This document shows, one piece after another, positions 1 to 11,445 of a stretch of 64,000 bases of DNA (positions are counted from its first letter, which is position 1; each line of letters opens with the position of its first letter). Below the pieces are notes generated by a model. That model ran no database searches. It saw only the letters and a program-made list of their open reading frames with translations, and had not been told where the DNA came from. The position numbers and the translations under genes were made by a program. The DNA is taken from contig NC_081381.1 of the NCBI RefSeq assembly GCF_030684315.1, positions 34,206,784-34,270,783 on the forward strand. The letters are read 5' to 3'. The DNA comes from Stegostoma tigrinum. Taxonomy: Eukaryota.

Positions 1-150
1 TGGTTTCTTCCCACAGTCCAAAGATGTGCAGATGAGGTGGATTAGCTAGGGTAATTGTGGGATTACAGGGATCGATGGGATGCCCATCAGAGGATTGGTG
101 CAGACTTGATTAATCCAATGGCCTCTAACCACACTGCAGGGGTTCTATTA
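1..150 (+). mobile_element. 3' part of HE1/V-SINE-type tRNA-derived SINE
   Basis: tggtttcttcccacagtccaaagatgtgcag...ccacactgcaggg matches the 3' half of the SINE copies at 15495, 32957 and 47215. Confidence 0.7.
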
Positions 151-479
151 CAACTTTGGGCTGAATCTTGCGTTTTTGTAACAAAGTGTCAGGTTCACTA
201 AGTTTCATGGACCATTTCTCTTTGAGAGATCTCTCATTGCATCTTCCCAAACTCTACTTATTAACAGTCTACCTTGTCCCTATGGCACCTCAACCTCCTG
301 ATTCCAGGCCCATCCCACCACCTGCTGTTCCTATGGGAATTCATTACTCACCAGATATCTGCCTAAAGACTGGCATCCAAGCCACCGGTGCCATTTTAAA
401 AGGTTGCTGTGTACCCAGACAAGCAATGGCACTCTGATGCTGCCCTGCCCATCGTTCCCAAGATATTGGGAGAGTGGAA

Positions 480-1700
480 AATGGCATTGTGATTTTGTGG
501 AAGGTGCTGGTGGATGGGCTGGTCCAGAGGAGGGCTGCTTCCTAGGGGTGGGCACTCTGCCAGACCGTGGCAGCTAAGCCCGAGGTGACCTCCTGGATCA
601 GTGCCTCCTCAGCAGTGACAGAAAAGAGCCAACAGTGCCACAAGAGTGTCATGGACTTTCTCCGCTCTGCCAGGGTAAGTGCCATTCTCTTCTGTCAGCT
701 ATCTCACTCTCATTCTATCTCTGATACTGCACCCAGCTCCCACCAAGGCTCACACTATGCCACTCTCACTATTGCTTGCAATATCTTCCCTCACTCACAC
801 TTCCCGTACCCCAACCTCTTTCTACACCTCTAACTCTGCATACCCTCCATGCTGCTTCCTCCCTCACTCGGGACACCTCAACGCCTTACTCCACATGTAC
901 GAGCACTAACAGCTGCGCCAGCTGCTTCCATCTCACTCGATCTCTCCATTTCTCCCATTTCAGGAGGAGAAGCCCACAGAAAAGCAGAAAGGGCCTGGAA
1001 CAGGGGGAGGGATACCCAAAATTCAATGCCTCAGACCCTATGAGGAGGAAAACCTGGCTCTCAAAGGAGAAGACCAGATATACCCCTATGGGGAAGCCAA
1101 AATATCCAGTCCCTCCGACTGAGTAAATGCCACTCCTCACCTCACTGTGACTCTCCTATTAACCTCCTACCTGTCTCATTCATTGCACAAAATTTCTAAC
1201 ATTGGCCCCGAAGCTTCTCTCCCTTGTGTCTTGCAGGTACTAGCTGTATGGCCCTGGCCACTGCAGAGAAACATTCTGCTCCACCAGTAACCACCTCCTC
1301 ACCTTCAGAGCATGAGAATTCCCAGGCCTCAGAGGAAGCATTAGCAAGGCTCCCTCCTACAAATCCCACCACCCCACCCCAGCTCAGATACTGACACCTC
1401 AATGGAAAGGTCAAGCTTAACAAATGTGGAAGCACATTCTAGTGCGCACCTGAATGGGGCAGCTCCAGGGCTGGCTGAGAAAGAGACACCGCAGGACGTA
1501 GGCAGACACAGGACGTGCTCTAGACCAGGCACCTGCTCAGCATCAAACAGGGCAGGACCCAATTGTGTCAGTGCTCAGGGACTTTGTGCATATGCTCAAA
1601 GAAGCACGGGGACTGCAAGCTGCTATGTGGGGGAGTGCATAGGAGCAGTAAGCAAGTACATGGGGGGCAGGAGCAGCAAGTAGGTATTTCCGTGCTGGGG
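480..1700 (+). mobile_element. Decayed PIF/Harbinger Myb/SANT-like (NAIF1/MSANTD-like) gene remnant, spliced
   Basis: Broken frames give LVDGLVQRRAA...EVTSWISASSAVTEKSQQCHKSVMDFLRSAR|gtaagt (donor 675), then acceptor 962-963 and AHRKAERA..GGGIPKIQCLRPYEEENLALKGED, resembling the Harbinger Myb protein; frameshifts present; extent approximate. Confidence 0.6.
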
Positions 1701-2924
1701 CAGGGGGGGGAGCGTGATGGTTCTCATTATCCAGAAACTGCAAAAGTGCAGCTTCTCGAGTGGCCCCAGCTGCCTCAAACCTCCCAGTTTGCTGCCCTCA
1801 GTCTCCACAAATCAGTTCCTGAGTCTCCTTCCCACGGCAGCTTTCCCCTACCCTAAACTCCCTCCCTGCCTCCCGCAGTCCCTCCTTTCCCCTGGGTTTC
1901 TGTGCATGAATCTGACAGACTGGCCATGACTCACCCTCTTCATCAACCAGGCAGCCACTGGCAGGCATGCCCCAGTGCCTTGACTGAGGCCTCTACCTCA
2001 CCCCAGCTGTGTTAGTACAACCCTCCCTGGACTGACTGCTATGGAGTCAGACTGACCATGACACCTCCCCCAGGAAAGCACAGGCACACGCTCCCTGATC
2101 AAAAAAAACACCTCAGCTGCATTCACGGCCGCGACCAATCTGCTGGGCTGCTACTACAGGCTACCCTTCACTAGCTGTGCTGAAATCCCTGACTGACAGA
2201 CACTTCCACGGACTTCAGTCAGGATTACTCCACTCAGATGGAGACCTGGCAGCTGCTTGTGCTGCATACTCAGTGCATAAGCTGCCGGTTTTGGGGGAGG
2301 TGTGAGACTGATGTGGCACATTGCTGTGTAGCAAGATGCACAACCCCTGGACTGAAGACTGCTGGCCAGCAAGGTAAGCTGCCTGGTCACCTGAATGCAC
2401 TCCCAGGCAATACAATTTCTGGGTGCTGTGTGCCTCCAGGGCAAGCGAGTGAGTGTTGGGAGAGCATGCAAAAGCCTGGGTACAATCTGTGTGAGCCACG
2501 GACCTGTTTCTGCAGGCAATGTCCTTGCAGCAGCCTTTCAATGCAAGCTGCTAGCGTGGCCTGCAGTGCAGCTCTGTGCTACCTAAGTGTCCTGCTATTG
2601 TCCTGGATGAGAGGATCTTGAGCAGTTTTCAGTTATCAGATGCCATTGCTCATGGATGTGTGTGTGGCTGGTGTCTATTGATTGTGCCCCATGACACTGT
2701 TGTGTGGTGACCAATACTGAAGGCTCTTTGCATCACTGAATCAGTCACATGCCCTTTTACCACCCTCCCTACCTCTAGGTGCTTGCTTAGACCATTTAGT
2801 ATCATGATCCTTTGGGTCAAAGGTTATTGGTTTCAGCACAGCTCAACATGGAGAGTATGCGATGTCCTGCATCATTGTGAGAGGTAGTGCCTCCTCATTG
2901 AAAAGTTAAACCAATAAGTTGACT

Positions 2925-3940
2925 GCACAGAGCCATGGAGTCAAACAGCGCAGAAACAGACCCGTCGGCCCAACCCATGCATGCTAGCCGAGTTTTTTTA
3001 TTTGAAAAAATACACTTTATTCATAGAATGTACAAAAAATAAAACATTTATACACCTACCCAGTCATGCAAGCCGATCTGGGTTTCCCAGGGGATACGTA
3101 CACCAACTAAAGGAGAAAAATAAACCAAAGAGAAAAAAAACAAAGAAAATACCCCGGCAGTCGTCTCCCCGCGCAGTCCCCGTTGGCCCCCTGACCAGTT
3201 GGGGAAGGCGCCAGCTGGGCCCAGTTACCAGATAGGGCCTTTTTTTCTATTCTGGACGAGGGGTTTCATACAGTGGTCTTTCCCCACCGCGCCTTGGCGG
3301 CGGCTGCCCCAAGCTTTAGCGCGTCCCTCAGCACATAGTCCTGGACCTTGGAGTGTGCCAGTCTGCAACACTCGGTCAGGGTCAGTTCTTTCAGCTGGAA
3401 GACCAGCAAGTTGCGGGCAGACCAAAGAGCGTCTTTCCATCCATGCTCACCGAGTTTCCCAAACTAAACTAGCCCCGTTTGCCCATGTTTAGCCCATATC
3501 CCTCCAAACCTCTCCTATCCATGCACCGATCAAAACACCTTTTAAATGTTGTTACTGTACCTGCATCTGCCACTTCTGGAAGTTCATTTCACACACGAAC
3601 CACCCTCTGAGTGAAAAAGTTGTCCCTCAGATTCCTTATTGGGTCTTTCTCCTCTCACCTTAAAACTATGCCCTCTAGTTTTGAATTCCCCCATACTAAA
3701 GAAAAGACCTTTGCTATTCACCTTATCGATGCCCCTCATGATTTTATAAACCTCTCTAAAATTACCCCTCAGCCTCCTATGCTCCAGGGAAGAAAGTCCC
3801 AGCTTATCTAGCCTCTGTCCATAACTCAAGCACTCTATTCCTAGTAACTTCCTTGTAAATCTTTTCTGGCCCCTTTCCAATTTAATAATATTCTTCCAGT
3901 AGCAGGGCAACCAGAAGAGTATACAGTATTCCAAAAGTGG
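2925..3940 (-). mobile_element. CR1/HER1-type LINE 3' fragment, interrupted by a Tx1 insertion
   Basis: ORF 3584-3934 EYCILFWLPCYWKNIIKLERGQKRFTRKLLG...RRLRGNFREVYKIMRG is a CR1 ORF2 C-terminus; 3' UTR continues at 2925-2995. Confidence 0.85.
2996..3436 (-). mobile_element. Tx1/L1-clade LINE 3' end (5'-truncated)
   Basis: Minus frame KDALWSARNLLVFQLKELTLTECCRLAHSKVQDYVLRDALKLGAAAAKARWGKTTV*, then 3' UTR with AATAAA and A-rich tail; imperfect 21-bp flanking duplication (2975-2995 / 3437-3457). Confidence 0.75.
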
Positions 3941-4599
3941 ACATTTCCCTTAACATCCAAACTGCATCATCCTGTGGCTTTTGGTGTGACCCTGCTGTGT
4001 GGAATAGGACTGTGATATTAACTCATGACAATGACTACGCATCAAAGGACCCCATACAAGACATGGTACACTCTGGCTATCAGTTCCCATGTGATTCTGG
4101 ACAGTGACTGTGGTGGAGGTGTAAGGGGGGAGGTGGGGAGTCACTCTCACATCCTGTCCAGCAGGACTCTTGCTGGCTTCTAACCAGGAGCCAGCCCTGA
4201 CTGACTTCTCTTTCCCCTCACTGGCCTATATGTGCTGAGGCAACTTTGGCTTCAGCTAATGAGGTTCAATCCCTGTGCTCCAAGGCCAAAGCTGGGCACC
4301 TGCACCCAAGGGTGATTTTCATAGAATCTGAAGCAATTGCATAATCATTTTTCCAGCCCTTACCTCTGACCTGTCTAATGAGCACACACACTATCTACAC
4401 TGGCTGAGCCATGTTACACAGTGCAGGGCATGTGATTTGGTCAAAGGCCTTGTACAAATGCATTTCCTTGCAGAATGTCACGGCAGACAGTGACTTGGCT
4501 GGGTCTTTCGGCCTGGTTTTTTGTTTTTCTCTTTCTCTCTGCGATTCCGAACCCTCACTCCCCACACCCCAGTTGAAGTAGATTGAACGCCTCCTCGTC

Positions 4600-4750
4600 A
4601 GGTTGCTGCTTGTGGGATCTCACTGTGCACGCGTCACGTTTCCTCCTTTGCGACGGTGGCCAGGGCGCTTAGGGACGGGGGTTGGGTGGATAATCGAGAA
4701 GGAGGACTCCCCGGAGGGTGCGAAAAGGTGCTACACGAATGCAAGTCGTC
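4600..4750 (+). mobile_element. Deu-domain/SacSINE1-like SINE 3' part, CpG-rich
   Basis: tgtgggatctcactgtgcacg...gaaaaggtgctacacgaatgcaagtc resembles the recalled shark DeuSINE 3' region; similar degraded copies near 43765 and 29490. Confidence 0.45.
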
Positions 4751-5064
4751 TGCGTCCCGAAAGCATTTCCCTTTTGCTGGGTATCTGTAAATTCTGATGA
4801 TCAGTTGTGATTAGATCCACTACCGGAGGGCAGTTTTAAAAACCCTGCAGTATATATGGGTCCTTATTAACGCAGTCTATCACCTAAAGTTGGGATATTG
4901 GTATTTGTGTGTTTGTGTGTGCGGGGTAGGGGGTTGGTGGGAGGTGGGGTAAGTAGAAGGGGGCTGTCTTTCTCTTTGCCCCCCAGCAAACATACCCTGT
5001 CATACTGGGAATTACTGTTCCCAGTTTTCCAGCAGGTGCCTCCCAGATCCCTCCTCGAGCCAGC

Positions 5065-5720
5065 TTTCTGCTATCTCTCTCTCTCTCTCTCTGGCTACCT
5101 GCTATCTCTCTCTCTCTCTCTCTTTCTCTCTCTGGCTACCTGCTATCTCTCTCTCTTTCTCTCTGGCTACCTGCTATCTCTCTCTCTTTCTCTGACTACC
5201 TGCTATCTCTTTCTCTCTGGCTACCTGCTATCTCTCTCTCTCTCTCTTTCTCTCTGGCTACCTGCTATCTCTCTCTCTTTCTCTGACTACCTGCTATCTC
5301 TTTCTCCCTCTCTCTGGCTATCTGCTATCTCTGTCTCTCTCTCTGACTACCTGCCATCTCTTTCTCTCTCTCTGAATACCTGCTATCTCTCTCACTCTGA
5401 TTACCTGCTACCTTCCTCTCTCTCTCTCTCTCTTTCTCTGACTACCTGCTACCTTTCTCTCTCTCTCTCCCGGGCTATCTGCTATCTCTCTCTCTCTGGC
5501 TATCTGCTATCTCTCTCTCTCTGACTACCTGCTATCTCTCTCTCCCTGGCTATCTGCTACCTTTCTCTCTCTGATTACCTGCTACCTTCCTCTCTCTCTC
5601 TCTCTCTTTCTCTGACTACCTGCTACCTTTCTCTCTCTCTCTCCCGGGCTACCTGCTATCTCTCTCTCTCCCTGGCTATCTGCTACCTCTGTCTCTCTGT
5701 GGCTGCCTGCTATCTCTCTA
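5065..5720 (+). repeat. Compound (CT)n / CTGGCTACCTGCTAT minisatellite just upstream of the LRRC38 CDS
   Basis: More than 20 units of ctg(g/a)ctacctgctat separated by variable (ct)n runs; strongly pyrimidine-biased strand. Confidence 0.95.
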
Positions 5721-5820
5721 ATCGAATCTCTCGCTATTTGATCTGACCATGCAGAGTACAGTGCTGCCTGCCCTCCCTCGGGATGTGCCAGGCGCTGCCG
5801 GTGCTCTGTGCCACTCTACC

Positions 5821-6439
5821 ATGCCTTCTTACCTTGCCCCGTGCCTGCTGCCCCTGCTCTTGCTCTGCTTGCCCTTGATCAGGGGCTGCCCAGGAGACTG
5901 TGTTTGCCGGGACAGCCACACCATAGACTGCAGGGACCTGGGACTTTCTGAGCTGCCTATCGGTCTCTTCCCGCTGGTGATCAGAAAGATCCTCATGAGC
6001 AACAACCGAATCCGGGAGATCCCCAACGACTTCTTCATGTACTACCGTGACCTGGTCTACCTGGACCTCAGCAACAACTCGCTGTCGTCTATCGCCCAGG
6101 GGACCTTCAGCAGCACCAATCTCATCTACCTGGACCTCAGCTACAACAACTTCTCGCAGCTAGCGCCCGGAGCGTTCAGCTCAGCGCAGCGCCTCATCAT
6201 GTTGCGCCTGGGGAACAACCCACGCCTGGGGAAGGTGGAGGACGGAGCATTTCTGAACCTCAACCTCCTGCAGGTGCTGGAGCTCAACGACAACGCGCTG
6301 GAGTCCCTGAGTGTGGCCACCCTCCGCTCCCTACCCTCCCTCCGCACCGTCCGCCTGGATGGTAACCCCTGGCTCTGCAACTGCAACTTTGCCCAGCTCT
6401 TCCTCTGGCTCAGGGCGAACGCTGAAATCCTCGCCACTG
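5821..6439 (+). CDS. LRRC38: LRRC38 (BK channel auxiliary gamma-4 subunit) coding exon 1: signal peptide, LRRNT, LRRs, start of LRRCT
   Basis: MPSYLAPCLLPLLLLCLPLIRGCPGDCVCRDSHTIDCRD...IPNDFFMYYRDLVYLD...LQVLELNDNAL...LDGNPWLCNCNFAQLF matches recalled human LRRC38; accATG context; donor G|gtaagt after 6439 (phase 1); in-frame upstream ATG at 5749 is an alternative start. Confidence 0.93.
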
Positions 6440-6659
6440 GTAAGTGCCTAATGACTGCTCCTCCCTCCCTCCTTCCTTCCCTCCTTCCCTCCTTCCCAAG
6501 AGCGCCCATGGCCCAAAGCGAAGGTGAGGGTAGAGAAATCCCCTGAAAGCACACTCCTCCTGGATGAAGTCTGTAGCATTTTGCCTGTTGGAGGTAAAAC
6601 CAAAATGTAAGCCAGCCCTACGCTCCTGATCCATTGGCAGGACAGGACAGAGGGTCTTC

Positions 6660-6985
6660 GTACATAGAACATAAACATAGAACAGTACAAAACAGTACAG
6701 ATGTTGTGCGGAACTTTTACCCTAATCCTAAGGTCTATCTAACCTCCACCCCTACCTTATACTATCATCCATAGGCCTATCTAACAGCCGCTTAAATGCC
6801 CCTAACGAAGCCGACTCCATTACCCTCTCCGGCAATGCATTCCACACCCCTACCACTCTGAGTGAAGAGCCTACCTCTGATGTCTCCCCCCATATCTATC
6901 TCCACTCACTTTGAAACTATGCCCCCCTCGTAACAGCTACCTCCACCCTGGGAAAAAGTCTCTGGCTGTCCATTCTATCTGTACT
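6660..6985 (-). mobile_element. CR1/HER1 LINE 3' end with (catagaa)n tail
   Basis: acatagaacataaacatagaac tail followed by reverse-strand CR1 ORF2 end. Confidence 0.75.
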
Positions 6986-7339
6986 TCTCCTACCTACGCT
7001 CCTGGGGCATGGCCAAACTGGTCATTAACAGGTCAAGGCCGTGAGCAGTGGAGGGGATCATTGTGCCTGACTGTCTGCCCCCCTCTCGCTGTTACATTGG
7101 TGCTTGGGTGTCCGTGGAGAGCCCCCCTGCGCGTTGGAGGCCTTTCCAGACCAGTGGGCACCGCAGCTACTGGAGGGCATCATCACCCCAGACAACGTTA
7201 CTTCAGTTTAGTAAATATCTGCCTCCTGGTGTGAGTTTCTGCTCAGCTATATTTCATTACAGTGCCCCATCAGTACAACAGGCAGAGGAGGGCTTTTGTG
7301 GCAGAGGGTCGCCTACCTCATTGGGGGAGTGGGGGGGGT

Positions 7340-7500
7340 CAGTTAACTCAGTTGGCAGGACAGCTGGTTTGCACTGCAGAGTGATGCCAACAGTGCAGGT
7401 TCAATTCCTGCGCCAATTGAGATCAACCACAAAGGTTCCACATTCTCAACCTGGACTCTTGCCCGAGGTATGGTGACCCTTAGCTTAAACACGCCTCCTT
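7340..7500 (+). mobile_element. tRNA-derived SINE (second family)
   Basis: A-box-like taactcagttgg and B-box-like ggttcaattcc; related copies at 14446-14610 (+) and 50300-50420 (-). Confidence 0.55.
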
Positions 7501-8669
7501 TCTCAGTCTCTGATAAGAGAGTGGAACTACGTTGACTTTGCCTGTTACCTCTGGGTCAGGAGCTCTGGGTCCGAGTCCCACCTGCCCCAGCCAGGGCAGG
7601 GTCACACTCACCTGACCAGGGTATGGATGAAATCAATCTCTCTGGAACGCGAAGGAGCAGATGAGAGCTGCCTCCATTGGAACCATGCCCTGTTCCACAA
7701 GTCCACAGCACCCATTGGCAGGACTTAAACAAATACAGATAGCGCTGATTAAGCTGAAGTTAATTGAAACCGCACTATTCAAAGCACATATTCTCATAGA
7801 AAGCCTCGTAAATATTCAGGTTACTTTACCAGAATGTCAAACAAGTATGGATACATGAACAAAATTAATGTCAAAATAGTCAAGAATATATGCAAAACTA
7901 TGTTTCGGTCCTCATATAAAAGATTGTCTGTCTGGAGGTGGAAGCGTATAGACAGTTTTTAAAAACTTATCTAAACATAATTGAGGCAGGCAATGGCCAG
8001 GGTTAACGAAATGAGCAGGAACTTGCCCAAACACACTGACTTTCGGGGTGCATTATTCCTTCGTGCTGCTAGGAGTCAGGTAAGAACTATGTTATCGTGA
8101 ATCAGGCACATCTTATCGGAATCATAGGTAGTGAAATCAAAACTGAAACAGCATTAATCACAACCTTGTAAATCGAGGACTGCTTATACAGAAACATCAA
8201 TTCATACACCTCTCCATCAGCAACATTGGGATCAGTAGTGTAAATGCAAAATCAATCTTAATAAACTAATATTCACTTAACGGCTAGAGGTTGGAGGTTC
8301 ACCAGAGGTTCTGAGGAAAATCAGGTAATTATTTAAATATTGTTGAATATTGAAAGCAATTTTATCTGTGTCCACCTGTTTTAGCTAGATGGGGGATTAA
8401 GATGACAAATCTAACCTGCCATTCACTTTACCAGTCTGAGTTCCTGAAATGTTCTCTGGAGCTTCCCAGAGGATTTGGTTGCTGTTCAAGGTTGAATAGC
8501 TCATCTGGAAGGTTAGGCCTCTATTCTCTTGCTGAACTACCTAATTTGGAGCCAAGAGTGGGAGTAGGGTTATTTCTTTTGGCCTCAGCACCTGTGGATT
8601 GAGAGGTGGTGATGGCACATGGGTGTTAACCAGGGTTCATGATGGCTGCTTTCGACCCTCCTGAGTGCA

Positions 8670-8822
8670 TGTGTGTACGCGTATGTGTGTACGTATGTAT
8701 ATTTCTATGTATATTGCGTGTGTATGTGTGTATATTTCTATGTATCTATGTATATTGTGTGCGTGTATGTATGTATATTTCTATGTAGTGTGTGTGTGTG
8801 TTTTTGTGTATGTGTGTGTATA
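8670..8822. repeat. (TG/TA)-rich microsatellite
   Basis: gtgtgtacgcgtatgtgtgtacgtatgtatat... Confidence 0.9.
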
Positions 8823-9934
8823 TTGAATGAGGACAGGGTAAGATTCAACTGTGACAGTGCCCACAGGCACTCAGCCTGCCTGTTTTTGCCAGCAAAATTC
8901 ACAGAATGGCTTCAAGCATTTGACCAATATCTGTAAGACCATAAGATAAAGACGTAGATTTAAGCCATTCAGCCTACTCAGTCTGCTCCACCATTTGATC
9001 ATGGCCGGTATGTTTCTCAGTCCCATTCTCCTGCCTTCCCCCCAGTAACCCTTGGTCCCCTTACTAATAAAGAACCTTTCTATCTCTGTCATAAATACAC
9101 TCAATAACTTGGTCCCTACAGCTTCCTGTGTGTGGAAATGTATCTCAGCAGCTTTGAACCAGGTTCCTGTTTGTCTGCAAAGCATTTGCAGTAAACTGAA
9201 CGACTAATTCACTGGCTTATTCTGAATTTTCTGACCCAGCCCTTCAACCAGCCCTTTCAGGAAGTAAATACCTAGTTATCTAATACTTCAGCAGGGCAGC
9301 AGTATAAAGGGCTTCTCCAGGTATTTACAGGGACTTTGAAGAGATGGGGCACAGGGTTAAAATTGAACACTTGCAGGATTTGGATAACATTTCAGGTCAA
9401 AGTGCAGCAATGGGAATGTTACAGGGTCAGTGATCCAGAGGCAGGTGGCAGAAATTAATTTCAGTTAATAAATCAGGAATTATAAAGCAAGTCTCAGTTA
9501 AGGTAGCCACCAAATAATGATCCATTGTTGCAAGTGAAGGAAATCTGCCATCCTTACCTGTTCTATCCAACATGTGACTCCAAATCCACACCAATGTGAT
9601 TCACACTTAACTGCCCTCTGATAGGGCCAGGACAGCCATTCAGTTCAAGGGAAATTAGGGATGGGCAACAAATGCCAGCCTTGTCAATTATACCTGAATC
9701 CCATGAAAGGGTTTTTAAAAATGAGTCGCAGTTCTAGGATGTTAATCTGAAGTTAACATTCTCCCCCTTCATTCTTGCTGTTTACTGACCCAGCTGGCTG
9801 AGCACAGGTATGATAGCATGGTTATTCTCCACCCATTCAACCTTCTCAGGGGGTAAAATGTAAGATTGCAGTTACTTATTCATATGGGGCAGGACGGTTG
9901 CCCTCACCTGTATTGGATTCAGGATTCAGGAAAT

Positions 9935-10280
9935 CCTATTCCCTCCTCCCACCTCAAGCCCCACCCTCATCTCCTCTCTACTAAACTCATCCCACCCCCT
10001 TGAACCGTCCGTCCTCCCTGGACTGACCTATCTCCTCCCTACCTCCCCACCTACATTCACCTATACTGGCTCCATCCCCATTTCTTTGACTTGTCTGTCT
10101 CCTCTCCACCTATCTTCTCCTTTATCCATTTCCTATCCGCTTCCCCCTTCTCTGTATTTATTTCGGAATTCTCTTCCCCTCCCCATTTCTGAAAAAGGGT
10201 CTAAGCCTGAAACATCAGCCTTCCTGCTCCGTTGATGCTGCTTGGCCTGCTGAGCTCGTCCAGTTCTATACCTTGTTAGC
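9935..10280 (+). mobile_element. Penelope-like element 3' fragment with degenerate hammerhead motif
   Basis: Same pyrimidine-rich 3' region and ctgaaaaagggtctaagcctgaaacatc as the PLE copy ending at 45125. Confidence 0.75.
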
Positions 10281-10554
10281 TAGACTTCTTGTTCCTGATT
10301 GTTAGCTGGTGATCAGCTGGAATGTATTTCTGTGTGTGGGTATGGAGCAAAAACAGGATCAGGCTAACTGTGATGCAGCCCCCAGATGACTAGCCTGCTG
10401 ATGTTCACCACCTAGACACACATGCAAAGGTTAGACATTTGGCCAAGATAACCCTGTAAACACCAGCAAGTTTCCAGCTTCTCAAACAGTGAGACCACCC
10501 CGACCTGTCACTGGGTGAATGCCAACAACAATGGAATAAGTCTCTTCGATTCTT

Positions 10555-11445
10555 GTCTGATTCACTCATGGGACGTGGACATCGTTGGTTGGGGCCAGCG
10601 TTTATTATCCATTCCTGGCTGCCCTTGGGAAGGTGGTGGTGAGCTGCATTATTGAACTGCTGCAGTTGGTTGACCCACAATGCCATTCGGGAGAGAATTC
10701 CAGGATTTTGATCCAGCAACACTGAAGGAATAATAATATATTTCCAAGTCAGGACAGCAAGTGGCTTGGAGGGGAATTTGCAGCTGGTGGCCTTACCATG
10801 TATCTGTTGAGATGAAAGTGAATATAGGTACGGAAGGTGCTGTCTAAGGAGCCTTGGTGAGATTCTGCTGTGAATCCTGTAGGTGGTACGCACTGCTGCT
10901 ACTGAGTGCCAGTATAAATCAAGAATTATCAAACTAGTCACAGTAATTCGTAGCAATCAAACAATGATCCATTGTTGCAAGGGAAGGAAATCTGCCATCC
11001 TCACCTGTTCTGTCCTACATGTGACTCCAAATCCACACCGATGTTGCTGGATGTGGTGCCAATCAAGGGAGTGGATGTTTGTTGAAGTAGTGCCAATCAA
11101 ACAGACTGCTTTGTCTTGGATGGTGTCAAGCTCCCTGAGTGTTTTTGAAGCTGCACCCATCCAGGGAAGTGGGGATTTTTCAATCGCACTTCTCAACTTG
11201 AACCTTGTAGATGGTGGACAGGCTTTGGTGGGTAGACAGGTGAGTTTCTCACTGCATGTTTACTGGTCTCTCACCTGCTGTTGCAGCCACCGTGTTTATA
11301 TAGTGAGTCCAGTTCAATTTCTGATCAACAGTAACCCCCCAGAATGTTGATAGTGGGATATTGACTGATGGTAACATCATTGAATGTCAACAGGTGATGG
11401 TCAGTTTGTTTCTTTTTGGAAGTTGTCAATGCCCGGCATTTATGT
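10555..11445 (-). mobile_element. CR1-like LINE (second family) ORF2 3' fragments
   Basis: Minus ORF LPWMGAASKTLRELDTIQDKAVCLIGT...; related copies at 25540-25850 (-), 31130-31410 (+) and 48770-48960 (+). Confidence 0.7.

Noticed and set aside
4898-5524. 208-aa Leu/Ser-rich ORF upstream of LRRC38
   Set aside because: Translation of the CT minisatellite; no coding complexity.
5065-5720. Repeat-spacer appearance resembling a CRISPR array
   Set aside because: Spacers are only (CT)n runs, the DNA is vertebrate and no cas genes are present.
6440-6546. C-terminal extension KCLMTAPPSLLPS... of the LRR ORF
   Set aside because: Read-through into intron 1 past the G|gtaagt donor; the true continuation is at 16363.
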